Source: Eukaryota sp. GEM-RC1
Lineage: Eukaryota
DNA length: 64,000 nt
Assembly: GCA_040285855.1 (NCBI GenBank)
Contig: JAUFOQ010000002.1
Coordinates: forward strand, 2,046,001 to 2,110,000
Reading direction: 5' to 3'
Below, piece after piece: positions 1-12,110 of this stretch (position 1 is the first letter of the stretch; each line of letters begins with the position of its first letter). A model generated the notes under the pieces. That model was not told where the DNA came from and searched no databases. It saw only the letters and a program-made list of their open reading frames with translations. The position numbers and the translations under genes were made by a program.

Positions 1-477
1 CTCAGAATCTTCTTTGCAAATGAGGGTCCGTTTACTAGCTGTGAATAAAACAATTAGTTATCAAGATAAATTACCACACGACCAGAATCAAAATTGACGG
101 ACATTCTTAAACAACACGTTAAAACGAATTTTCTATTGGTTCAGGAGTGCTAAATCAGTGCTATATAACCATAAGAATGTATGAATGCCATAGTCTATGA
201 CTCATAGAATCGATCGATCTTTTAGTTCGAAAAACAAGATATTAGTAGATTATTATACTGAAATGTTGTTTCCCGACCCCTGCGGATCATCTCACTTTTT
301 TTTTAAAAATTCATAAACATAATCAGGTGTTCGAAGTATTGACAAATAAATTTATCCTAAAACATTATTTCTTGTTTTCTAAAAATTGTCATTGATTCCA
401 TTACTTTTTTAATTTGATTTTTTGTCTTGTATATAATAAATAAATAAATATATAAATAAATCTTCACAGTATCTTCG

Positions 478-2045
478 TGATTTGACTATCGATGGAGAAA
501 AAGTGTCCAATCCAGGTCCTTTGGTAACTGAAGAAGGAAAAACCACATTGAAGCCCTCTGCATGGCTTGATAATTCGGTTGTTGACTTTTTTGGTGAGTA
601 CATCACTGAGAGCAGTGATGAGTGCAAATTTTTGTGTGTTGGTGATATTCATGCTGTAGTGAATGGTAACGATTTCAACAAATTAGCTGACAAATATTTA
701 ATTATTTAAAATTCAATGCGAGAGACTGGGAAAAGGTTTTTATTTATTCCAATAAACGATGGTCTGTTTGGTGGTACACCAACTCATTGGACTCTGCTTG
801 ATTGTGACATTGATAGAACATCATTTTTTCACTTGATCCAATGTACAGTGACAGTTCAACTCAACTTTCATTTGACGTTTTAACTCAAAATGATCAAGTT
901 GTAAACAGATTACAGGAGTATTTGCGTGATTTTGGTAATTTTTCAAATTTAGGAAAGCTCCATGTTAATAAACATCAAACTCCCAACGACTGTGGACCAT
1001 TTATCTTAATGTATATGCAAAGATTTGTTCATTTGGTATTATCATTAGACAATTTCCAGGAAATTATGTCTCAAGTCCAAGGTTATGTCGATTATGATGC
1101 TTTTGAAATGAGAAAACAAGTTCTTAAACAAATAGCAACTACTCATCATATTCCTTGTGCTATACTTGTTTTAAGTACTGTCAATTGAGTACTTTTCAAA
1201 CAACATTCAAGCACGTGTTCAAGAACACAGTACTATAGTTCATTCAACCCAATCTCAACAACAAATGAATATATCTGCTGGTACTTCTGAAATATGCGAA
1301 CCTTCAACACTAATGTCATCTCCTGATGAAATTCCAGATTCAAATCCCAATGCTCTGACACAAAGTGAATTACAACAGGTTTCAGAAGCAATCCAATCTC
1401 TGTCTCCTGATGGATGGATTGTCGACGATTGTGTAAATTGGTACTCTCGACATTTGATGGAGATATATGGAGTTGATTTAAACGCTTTTGTAACTCCTGG
1501 ATCTGTTCAATCATATTTAGTTGATGAAACTGAATCTCTTCACCGATTTTTCATCAACAAGATTTCAGGCAAATTCTAGATATCTGTTTCTTCCTATGAA
1601 TGACGCATTGATTAACGAAAGTTCTGGTATACACTGGGGTTTGATTGTAATCGATACACATGATGAATTGTTCATCTTTCTCGATCCTCTTTATGATGTT
1701 GAAGATCACAGACAGGATGTTGGTAAGAATTTACATGAAATTAATTCGTTTTTGAATCAAGTTATTTCAAAAATAGATGAAACTCTGCATCAACTCAATT
1801 TTCAACTCATGATTGTTCCAGTGATAGAGAAGCAAACACCAAATGATTGTGGAATTCATGTTCTTGAGTATATGCGAGGACTGTTAGTACTTTTAACTTC
1901 ACACGAATTCTCAGATCAACCTCTTATTCAAGCTGCTGGTATATTGTTGCAAAACTCTATCAATGCTCAGGAGAGTAGGCAAGAAATAAAATTGTATCTT
2001 CAATCTTTACAACCAACTATAGTTCCACCTGCATTTCATCAGTAA
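478..2045 (+). pseudogene. Tandem Ulp1/C48 (SENP8/NEDP1-like) cysteine protease domains, frameshifted
   Basis: Two copies of the C48 motif series. Copy 1: WLDNSVVDFF / FIPIND..PTHWTLL (frame-shifted, ~740-800) / QTPNDCGPF. Copy 2: WIVDDCVNWY / FLPMND..SGIHWGLIVID / QTPNDCGIH. Spread over ORFs 482, 841, 1265 and 1521. Confidence 0.8.
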
Positions 2046-4190
2046 CAACATTGGAAAACTGACACTGGAAAGAAAAAATCTCCCAAAACTAATCAACCTG
2101 CTGCAAAAAGAAATAAATCTTCTGATTCATCTGAACCTTCTACACGTATGTCATCTCGTCGTAAAACTTTGGAAGTAACTAATAAAGTTTCATCAAGTTA
2201 TTCTTGAACATCTGAAACATCCGTCCAAAAACTCTAAAGCACGACGACTAGAACGGAAACCAAAAAAGTGTCATTCGTCAGTAATTCATCGTCCACAAGA
2301 ACAAGGTTCTAAACGTCAACAGGGACTGTATAATCAATCTAGTGGTTGTACAAAATTCCCAAAAACAGACGAAGAATGTCAAAGTTCTCAAGTAGTTGAA
2401 GGTTCAACTGATTCTTTGAATGAATTCGGGAAATTCCAGGTGTTAAAGGAAAAAAGAACAAGAACCACGAATTCCATTCATTGGCATTGCAACTGATATT
2501 ACTGTTTTTATAATTGATATTGAAACAAGGAATATCAATGAGAGAATTCCTACAAGAGTGAACAAAGAATTGAATGAACATCGTAGAACAGAAAAAGAGT
2601 CTTTGAAACAGAGAAGATCTCTAATGAATGATTTTGAGAAAGAAGATGACGACCTTGATTTTCTCACAGAACAACAAATCATCATTTTGTTACAACTGAC
2701 ATCAACATTAAAACTGAATATGTTTCAATAAGATTTGAAACATTACTAACACTACTAAATCTTAATCTAGATTTACATTAATACTGATAATGGTAACTAT
2801 TAATGGAATTACTCCAAAAATTGTCTAAAACAAATAACAATACTGATGGCAGTGGTAGTGGATATGTCACAAATCAAGGAGTCAAAATGGAGAACTTCCA
2901 GGTGTAAAAGACTGTGTTGAAGAAAATTGGGGCTCTTTCCATTACTAACATCTGAGTCAACAATCTAAATCGAATCAGAAGAAAACTTGCCAGATCTCAG
3001 TCGTTTTGAATCCATCAAATTCAGATTATAGAAGAATACTTCAAAAGAATGTGACGTTTAAAGTAAAACCTTGTATATGGAAAACACCAAACACTGTAAC
3101 TTCAGATAAAAGTGATTTGGAAACACATCAAGATGACAACTAGTGAAAGCGGAATCATAACATTTAATGAAATTTGATATGTTAACAATAATAAATGAGA
3201 ACAACAAGACCCATGAACAACGAGTATTTTCTGGAAAAGAAAAGTTTCCCATCGAAAGTGATAATTCATAAATTCAAACAATTAAGTTCATCTCTCAATC
3301 GTTACAGAGAATTTGTGTAAGTTCAAAGTATTTAACATCATCCATGTCAAGCACAACACTGTTTTTGAAGAAGAAAGTATTAATCTGAAAGACAATATTA
3401 ACACCACCACCTGCAAAAAATACCTGCAAGGACATTGTCCAACATCAAAACTGGTTCCACCAAGAGGAAATCAACTTGGAGACTGGTGGATATGTAACAT
3501 TAAGAATAGAAGATTGATAACTGAATTAAGAACTAATTGGAATGTCAATTCGAATGTCATTGAGATCGGTATCAAAGGTATCAAAATCAGCAAATATTTC
3601 GAAACCGAATATCACAGAGATAGCGTGTTCAATCAAAGTTCGTCAGTGGATCTAGTCAAAGACGGGCATGAATTAAAAGAACGAACTATATAAAGACCTG
3701 AAAGAGTCAGTGTAAAGATCAGAATTAATTATCAAATCAATTGAAGGCTTTCATTGCGGAGCCACTCTTAAAAAAAGATCTGATTTTTGTTAACACTGAT
3801 AGAACCACTCATTTGATCAAAGTTCCAGACTCAAACAGAAGATCCTTCATGGTTAACTTCTATTGGGTCACGTCTGCTCAGAAACTTAATCTGAGTTACC
3901 GTGATTGAGAGAAAGACTATGAAACTAATCATCGGTTAGATCTCGACCTCATTATAGTAAAAGTTTGTGTGACGACAATGAATTGGAAATGAAATCATCG
4001 GCAAAAGGCTCACCGGATTTCGAAGCTACGTCTATTGAGACGTACTGGTGACAGCTCCACACTAGTGACAGTTCCACTTGATGACTTGATATCCTTCCAG
4101 AATTCTGTCATTGATTCAAGGACACGTGTCAAAGAAACAGAGAGGTCCTCGAGTGATGATGAGGATGGTTGAATGCGTAACAAGTAACAA
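2046..4190 (+). pseudogene. Heavily degraded coding-like sequence of unknown family downstream of the Ulp1 domains
   Basis: Strong A-rich plus-strand bias with protein-like segments hopping between frames (e.g. EPRIPFIGIATDITVFIID..., QEEINLETGGYVTLRIED, EDPSWLTSIGSRLLRNL) and many stops. No family recognised. Confidence 0.35.
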
Positions 4191-5389
4191 GCTACCATAA
4201 GGATTTGTCAACTGGAAGCAAGGTGGAGTACAAAGAGAAACGAGATGAAAACACAGTAGTACAAGTGTCTTGATTTAAGAAGGGTACAGTTAGAGAAAAG
4301 CTTGGGGATGGGATCAGAAGAGGGGTACAAGCATCAGACTCAGGGGCAGACATCTGGTTTGAGGGAGGCCCAGTTGTTGAAGAAGGAGTAGTTGATGAGA
4401 AACGAATACATGTAGTTGAACTAGACTGAAGACCAAGGGAAACGGAAGATGGAAAAGTGAGAGAAGAAGTGGCGGGAAAGGAGCTGCCTTCGCTTAGAGT
4501 CTCAACGTTCAAAAGAGAGAAAGTTGACAAAAAGACACAGAGTGAAAGAAATTCCAGGTCCAGGTCGTTTCCTAAACCTAACATCCAACCCAGTTTTTGA
4601 AGAGAGAGTGAGGATCTAAAGAAGTTTCAATGTCACATGTCTCTCATTGGGTCAAGACCACTTACATTGATCCTTCCGTGGGTAATCCTGCCCTAGGTTT
4701 TCCCCATCTTCTGCAAAATATTGCTTTAGGTTAGTTCTTAACGTCACTTACAACAGTTTCGCGGGAGAACTCCATACGCAAACTTCTCAAACATCCTTCA
4801 ACACATCCCAACTTTGTCCGCGTACATTCCTCTCATCACTCTTCATCATTTATATCCAACCTCTCATCTCATCTTGCTACAGGTTTTCTATTTGGTTTTC
4901 TTCTAGGAAATGCTGATGTCCTTACCTCCCCAATTCCATCTCCCTATCTTCAATCCGTGATGCATCGAACAAACTCGGTAACATCTTCTTCAATACTCTT
5001 CGGTCTCACATCCTCCTTGATTCATCGTCAGGTTCAACGCTCTACTCTCAGACACAACTCCGCTCTCAACTATACTCTTACATCCATTCTAACTCGTGGA
5101 ATTGCCAGTCTCTTTCTCTCATCACCCAAGGAACCCTTCCCAATACTCTCAACCAAGAATATCTTTCTCTCGATCACTGTTGGTGTTACTCAAGATCTAC
5201 TAAGAGCTTGGTCTGACTCTCGATATCCAGTAAGTCTACTTCCGTCACCTTTCAAACTCTTTAAGTACTTGCACACAATCTCTGACACGTCATCAGTATA
5301 GTCACGTGATCAACTCTTTCTGATCGTCCCTTTGATACCTACTAACCTTTTTTAGTCTTCAGTGGCGTTATCAACCTTTGACTTATCAC

Positions 5390-5590
5390 ATGGATAAACA
5401 TAGAGCTGGACCGAACAGAGCTCAACTTCGAGACAAAGAGAAGAGTGAGAGGAGGTTCATGGCACAAGTGAAGGGCGATCAGGCCAAGGATAAATGGAGA
5501 CAGGAACGTGCTGAACAGCATTTAGGATCTGAAGATGCTAATAGGTTCGATGCAAAACAGGAAAGACGTAGAGCAACACGTCATATGTAA
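5390..5590 (+). CDS. Small, highly charged hydrophilic protein (66 aa)
   Basis: Purine-rich ORF MDKHRAG...RATRHM followed by an AT-rich 3' region. A TACTAAC...TTTTTTAG branch/acceptor-like signal at 5340-5355 suggests a possible upstream exon. Confidence 0.5.
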   Translation: MDKHRAGPNRAQLRDKEKSERRFMAQVKGDQAKDKWRQERAEQHLGSEDANRFDAKQERRRATRHM

Positions 5591-5776
5591 GTTTTTGATT
5601 GAATTATTGATTATAAAACAGTAATTGGTATTTGCTTTTGATTCTAAACAGTTTCTTTGAATTGAGACATGTTCTTATGGATGATATTCCTTATTTTGGA
5701 ATGAAAACTAAAAGGTGTGTATTAGTAAATCATACAAAGTGAGTTTTGAACCAACACTCAATAAATAAATAAAAAA

Positions 5777-6548
5777 CTACATTGTTAAATCAAGGTCTTC
5801 ATCTGACTCAACATCAACGACATCTGACAATTCAGCATCAACAACATCTGACATTTCATCTTCCTGTTGCAGAACCACTTCAGCCATATCTTCCACTGAC
5901 CTTATTGGGATCATAGGGGTAGTGATGCCCAACCTATGTATGACGTTGTCATACATCTTCGTGGTCAGACAGAAAGGGTCTGATGTGGTTGACCCATCAC
6001 CTTTCCTCACTCGCGAAAACTTCTCCTCATAAACATCAGCTAAGGCTATAAATTTTGTCCCTTCGTTGTCGTACAAGGAGACAGCCTTTTGCTGGTGAGA
6101 CCAGACAATGCATAAAAGCATTGTAACGTCCACTGGAAACCAGCAGTACGATTGGGAACCGGAGGGTGGAAGATGAAGTACAAAGGGGTACATCTCCCCC
6201 CTGTTCTGTGAGGCAATGAACCATATAAGAAGGTAAGAGGGAAGAGATGGTGTAGGTGGCGCCATCCACCTGAGCAGCTTTGACCACTGGTTGGTCACTT
6301 TTAGAAGACCTTTTGGATTCCTTCTTCTTCTTGAGAGCGATGTCCTGTTGTACATTGAGCGTATCAATCTCCAAAGGCGGGTTGATAAACGCCAGCTCAT
6401 TCCAGTCGTAGTTGGGATGAAAAAAGTGTTCGAAGATCTGAGCTACAGAAGGACCTGTGGTGATTAGGTCCTGGGCCTGCTTCTCAAGGGTTTGCCTCTC
6501 TGACTCGAGAGACAAACCTTGATTGAGAAGTTGATGGTAACTTTCCAT
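5777..6548 (-). CDS. Hypothetical protein with acidic C-terminus, one frameshift
   Basis: ORFs 6036..6548 and 5777..6400 overlap and can be joined near the GGGG/CCCCCC runs at ~6182-6201. GC content is higher than in the flanks. Confidence 0.5.
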
Positions 6549-6574
6549 AGTGCGAAAGATTAAACTTGTAAATT

Positions 6575-6789
6575 AAGATGTTTCGAGCATACTTTTCAAT
6601 TACATGTACTAGGCCGTTGGATCAGGAATTCCAAGAATTCCTGCAATTACGATTACTACAGTAATTCCTGAAATTCTCAGAGTTAAGATTACTTCTGGAA
6701 TTCGTACAATTACCAGGGATTTTCTAAAAAGAAGAAACTTTCGATTCTGATTTCTATTCTCACGATTTCTGCAAAGTGACAGAACAAAC
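6575..6789 (+). mobile_element. Non-autonomous repeat family A, copy 1, left part
   Basis: Near-identical to the reverse complement of ~20676-20895 (TAGGCCGTTGGATCAGGAATTCC...). Interrupted at 6790 by a hAT insertion. Confidence 0.9.
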
Positions 6790-6862
6790 CAGGGTTGTGA
6801 AAAAACATAAACATTTAAATAACGGCAATAAATTGATGCAAAAATACTTTATTTTTCTCAGG

Positions 6863-8060
6863 TTAGAGCTATCAAACGGTTCGTCTCAAGCCGTAAACCG
6901 AACGACTTGAGCCAAACCATATCGAAATTTGGTTCGGCTTACTCAAATGGCTCAAGCCAAAGCCGAACCAGTTTGGATTTCTCCAAGCCAAACCATTCGG
7001 CTCAAGCCGCGCCTTGAACTTACTTCGAACAAATGAGCAGGTTGACCAAGTTCATTACATACATCGATTCATAAGACGTACAAACAAATACAAAAAGGAA
7101 TAGACAAACCGCTAGCACACTCATAATTGTGATCATTACTGATAAAATTCGTTCATATCTTCAGAATCTTCCTTATATTAATAAACTCTTTTTCCACAGT
7201 GAAGATACGTCATTTCAGTGACCTTAAACTGAATCTTTCAATTTACAATTACTCCAAAACTTCTTACAGCATATGTACAATGCTTCCAAATTACTTTCAG
7301 GCTCGCAGTACTATTACAGTTCCCATGATGACTAGTGTCTGAGACAAATGCACATCAAAGATACTCACCCCATCTGCGTCATCACCTGAATGGCTGAAAA
7401 ATGCTTGTAACGTTACATGTCATTTGGTTAACAAGTATCATCCTTTTGTATTTTTGTGTATGATATGACAACTTTCATATCAATGTTCCTTGATCCACGT
7501 TTTGCTTAGATGAATATGGTAGCTGCTATGAGAACTGAATCATACTTTCCGACATTTAAAGCAATGTACCATTTAAAGAAGGAAGAGCATCTAAACGCTG
7601 GGTCTAACGTACAGAACAATAGCATTGACGGTGACGGTGCTGTTGATAACGATGTCATTGTTGATGAAGACGAGGGTAATGTTGACGCTGTCTTTGACGA
7701 CGATGAGGAAATGTTTTTAGAATCTCCTCAAAGTCATGAGGTTATGGAGGACGAAGATGAACTGGAAAGGTTTATATCCAATCGAAATTAAATCATGTCC
7801 GCTTATATGGTGGAAACTGCACAATAAGGAGTATCCTACTTTGGCAGGAGTGGCTAGAGATTTCCTTATCATTCCTGCTACTTCAATTCCATGCGAAAGG
7901 GTTTTATCTGTTGCTGGTCACATCAACAGCAAAAAGAGACACTTGCAGACGAATCTCTAACTTCGTTAATGCTCCTAAAGGATTGGCTCAATTATGGCTA
8001 TGAATTAGTTGATTGTAGTGATGATGAAAACGATGAATATGCTCCTTCTTTAGATTCATA
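6863..8060 (+). mobile_element. Nested hAT element remnant with transposase C-terminal dimerisation domain
   Basis: TAGAGCTATCAAACGG-type end with AAGCC/AACCG subterminal repeats. Encodes MFLDPRF and PLIWWKLHNKEYPTLAGVARDFLIIPATSIPCERVLSVAG (hAT dimerisation motif). Confidence 0.8.
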
Positions 8061-8278
8061 AGACCTAAAGTGTTGATTATTTAGCTTATTTATCTTTAGA
8101 ATTTACTTTTCCTTTTACCTTATAAACCTCTATGTCATATTCGAACCTTAATACTAGTTTTAGAGGCAAAGTCAACAATTATAATTGTGACCGTACCCTT
8201 GTCACTGATATTGAAGGTGGAAGCCATCCATCCTCTCAACCTGTTTCCAGCCGCCGCCTAGTGAACGCCGCCGCTGCC

Positions 8279-9024
8279 ATGTCTCTCCGCCCTACCGGAG
8301 ACCTCTTCGCTGATGAAGACTATGATGAAGACGACTACTCCGACCGTCGCAGAACCATCATGGACTCCGCCCTTGGAAGGCGTGGAATCCGAACTCAAAT
8401 ACCAATCCTAAGAAGTTTGGAATCTAACAAGATCCTCTCTTGGATTGACGACCTTGCCGCCTACGCCGTGGCTAAGGAAGACTTAGACAACGAGATTTTG
8501 AACACATATCTCTTTGACATCCCTGCTGAAGAACCTCAAGTTTCCTCTCTCGAAGCTCTACTCTCTCTCAATCTGTCCCCTGAACTACGAGAACAATTAG
8601 AAGCCGCCCATGAAGACCTCACTGCTGTACCTGCTGAGGCTACTGATGTAGTGGAAGAAACTGCCGCTACCGCGCCTCATCACCCAGACGACGATCCCTC
8701 TCCTCCGAATGATTTACAACTTCACATATCCAGAGAAGTGATGAATTCTATTCGCCTTATTTCTCCTTCTTCCCTGAACTCTCAACCTCAACTGTGGGAG
8801 TTCTCCTTGATCTCACTCGGGTCAAATCACTTGACCAAGCCATCCGCTTACTCTCTACTGTCGCTATGAACCACAAGATTCGTGACCCTTTTGCTCGTCT
8901 CTTTGACTATGTCGCTGCCTTTACTAAACTTCGAAGGCGCTTACGCAAGCTCGCTATCCCCGAAAAGCAATTTATGCTAGAATACCTGAAAAATTTTCCT
9001 CAGGTAACATACGGCAATTATTGA
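8279..9024 (+). pseudogene. Probable LTR-retrotransposon gag-like fragment
   Basis: GC-richer insert inside the hAT. ORFs 8132 and 8794 join by a frameshift; helical gag-like composition (IPILRSLESNKILSWIDDLAAY; FARLFDYVAAFTKLR). Truncated at the 3' end. Confidence 0.45.
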
Positions 9025-9219
9025 TTTTGCTAGTTGAAATACGACAATCATTTATTGCTGATCTAGAAATTATGTAAATTATTGGTGCTAATTTGTGTAT
9101 TTTGTTTTAACCATTAGTTTAAATACTGATTTACCCAAAGTATAGATGCCGTAAATATATTAGTGGATAAAGTGACGTTATCAGCATAATCACCGAATTA
9201 GTTTTATCTCCTCCACTTC

Positions 9220-9480
9220 ATGAATAAAAGAAGTTGCCTTGCTTTACTTCCGGAAAACTGAACAACAACCTTCTGATCTTCCTGAGGGTAAAGTCTTTTA
9301 CACTTGTCAGAGATGCTCCAATATAAGTGTGTCTATTCTTAAGAACAAAGGATACTAGTATGCTAACTTAATGTCCCACATCAATAAACACCACAAAAAC
9401 TATGACTCTGAAATGGCTGCTGCAAACGGTGATATTCCCATTATTACTTATGGACAACGAAATCTACAGGACAAGGCTCA
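9220..9480 (+). pseudogene. BED zinc-finger remnant (hAT transposase N-terminus)
   Basis: Translates as LLYFRK...FYTCQRCS...GY*YANLMSHINKHH (CxxC...HxxxH), inside the hAT TIRs. Confidence 0.65.
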
Positions 9481-9676
9481 AGTGAGTGATCGAAAAACAG
9501 TTCGTGCATCTTCATCATGTTGTGAAACAATAAAAACTATTTAAATCATTGCAATTATTTATTTTTGTATTGCAAATACGGCAATTATTTATTCTAGTGT
9601 TCTAAAATACGACAATTATTTATTTTGCTTTATTCAGAGTGCAATAATTTATTTAAATCATTTTTTAACATCCCTG

Positions 9677-10085
9677 GAACAAACTATATGCATCCGGAAA
9701 TCCATCTCAAATATGTAGCACATGTTGAAAATTTTGGTTTGTGTACTTGGAATAGGTTAATTTTATCGTAGTCAATGTTGATACGACTTTAAAACAATAT
9801 AATGGTAGATAAGTGTTCTTGAAAAAGGTACTTTCGATGTTCTTTCGTTCAAAAACGTAAACTGATGTAAAAATTGTGAAGTGTCAGTGTCAAACAGTCT
9901 TTTGGTTCTAACCAGTGTAGACTACATACAACGAGACCGTAGGCATGCTTGACTTGGTCCATTTTGATCAGTTTTGTCCTGTACATTGAAGATTTGTTTT
10001 TGTTTATGGAATTCAGTAATTCTGGTAAATTGACCTTCAGGAATTCCAGGAATTCCTACAATTACGATGACTGGAAATTAGTAAT
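9677..10085 (+). mobile_element. Non-autonomous repeat family A, copy 1, right part
   Basis: Colinear with the reverse complement of ~20269-20685. GGAATTCC subterminal motifs. Confidence 0.9.
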
Positions 10086-10142
10086 TGAAAACTATGGTTT
10101 CAAGTCAGACTTAAACTTTTGGACGTGATTCTAAGGAGTGAG

Positions 10143-10319
10143 TTAGAGAATACTGGAGAAAGATCTATCATGGGAACAGTTCTTAAAGGGCTTGAGTTGA
10201 TGAAAGCGATTTGAACATTTGTCGCAAAAGTTGGCTTCACAAATTGAGCAATGGAGTGCGGGTAATGCATCACAGAGAGCGCAGAGAGTAGGATCTGTTG
10301 ATGGTTCATTGGGTGACAT
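10143..10319 (-). pseudogene. B-box zinc finger protein fragment
   Basis: MSPNEPSTDPTLCALCDALPALHCSICEANFCDKCSNRFH matches the B-box CxxC..CxxC...CxxC...H pattern. Stops follow immediately. Confidence 0.65.
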
Positions 10320-11339
10320 TGTTGGTTGTGACTGGAAGAGAAAGAAATTCCAGTAGAATATGACACGTATGCAGTAAGCTGCATCTGTCCTTAGTAGAAT
10401 GAATTTGACCAAAGCCTCACCACCAATCCATCAACATTTGAACGTTCATCATTCACCATGAACATTCCTGCAACTTGCTAAGAATTATAACCTTGTGTGG
10501 TGTCCGTGCTTACGTTACGTGGATTCTTCTGCTATTGTGTTCATAATACTTTATTCTCTTAATACGTGGTATGATCGCACCACAAAACTGACGATCCTAC
10601 TTTCTGTTCACAACATCCCTCTCTACAGATTGAATTCCCCACAGATCCCTTGAGCGCGAACAGTGTGATCTTATTGACAAAATCATCTTATCGCTTGTTA
10701 CCCAGCGGATTTTTGTCAAATACCAGAACGATGTGTCACTTCTTTAAAGTTTGCCCTTACGAGACTCCAAATACACCTTCCTTTTGAAAAAATTTGGATG
10801 TCTGGATTTTAAAATTCGACTTGACCCGGCCAAACAAAAAATCCAGCGTTCGCAAATTTTTTAATCGATTTGGAGGACAGTTCTTCAGTTGCTTTGATCA
10901 ACCAAATTCCACAGATTTATGGATTGTTGTTGAGTTATCATCAATGGACTGCAACCTTTAGACTTTGATGTTTCTTGTGGCAGTTCATGGAACTGAGCTG
11001 ATAAAGCAGCACTGTTCTTATAAGACGTCTGTCTTCTGTCAAACAAGGAGTATACAAAACAGTGTGATACAGAGATTAACTCTCGTTTGAAAAATATAGT
11101 GATCATACGTTTCGCTAACTACAGTACTATCAAATTAGAAGGAAAAACTCAATGTATCTTAATGGCAACACGTATTTTTAGTAGAAAGCGGTAATTTAGA
11201 ACGCTTAATGAAGACATTCTTTGACTTTTTTTGGAACTTTGATGGTGATGAACTATTAAATGGTCTTATGTTGTTTATACAATTTACGATCCTCAAAATT
11301 TTGTGAAGTTTATGGATAAAGAGGACAAAAGTAATTAAT

Positions 11340-12110
11340 GACCATAGCAGGACTAATCGATCCAAAAAGAGAAACAGCGGGAGGTTGAAACACAAATTTG
11401 GAATATGAGTTTCTATTTAATTCTTCTACTTGAGAGTCATACTTGGAGTGTTTGAGCTTTTCAGCAGCTGTTAACGGATTAAAAGAAGAATCTAATATCC
11501 TACTAACATAAGATTTGTTACAAACATCTACTGTAGTAAAATCCATTAATGATCGACTCGATTTAAGACACGGAGTATGGCGATCCCCCTTTTTTTTAAT
11601 TAAAAAAGCAGCGAACTCGGGACTATTAGTTTTAACCAAGCTAATACGATTTATAAAGTCCAAGAGTTGAAACTCAATAGTCAATATATTTCGCAGTTTA
11701 CATGCAGCAGACGGTAGAGATGAAATATGTTTTAAAAGGAGTCTCCTTTAAGTGAGCAGGGAACAAAGATTCCCACTGTTCAGGAGACAAAGATCATACC
11801 AAATCTTTAGCAGATTGAATCCAACGACAATTACTGGAATTCAACAGATTGATTCCATCTAAGGGAAACCGGTTCAAAAATTGAAACCGAAAATTCTTAA
11901 CACCTTCTAACAGAGCAGATTCTCTGATGGTTTTTGCATGGGTGAAACCTACTCATGCGAATTCAGATGAATACAAAGCATGAAATGCAATCTTAGTCTC
12001 ATCAATTTCAGCCAAGTTGGAGGGAAAGTGTGTTCTAATAGAATTATATTGCTTGACAAATGTTTCCAGTAAGTGAATAGTCTAGTGAACGTAAAAAATG
12101 ATTAATTTTC
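11340..12110 (-). mobile_element. Degraded RLE-type (CRE/R2-like) non-LTR retrotransposon fragment
   Basis: 11340-11590 is nearly identical to 27615-27865 (SLMDFTTVDVCNKS..AAEKLKHSKYD). Upstream, a post-RT-like segment (IAFHALYSSEFA*VGFTHAKTIRESAL). Confidence 0.75.

Larger units (their letters stand above)
6790..9676 (+). mobile_element. hAT-type DNA transposon (deletion derivative carrying nested elements)
   Basis: TIRs CAGGGTTGTGAAAAAA / TTTTTTAACATCCCTG (14/16 match). Perfect 8-bp TSD GAACAAAC at 6782-6789 and 9677-9684. The empty site is seen in the paralogous repeat copy near 20680. Confidence 0.9.

Noticed and set aside
2440..2496. HUH rolling-circle motif IHWHC
   Set aside because: It is immediately followed by a stop, another frame is longer and more protein-like, and no catalytic YxxK or helicase motifs were found.
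4192..5301. ORFs 4192..4584 (-) and 4957..5301 (+)
   Set aside because: Low-complexity S/T/L-rich translations without motifs. They may be parts of real genes but cannot be supported.
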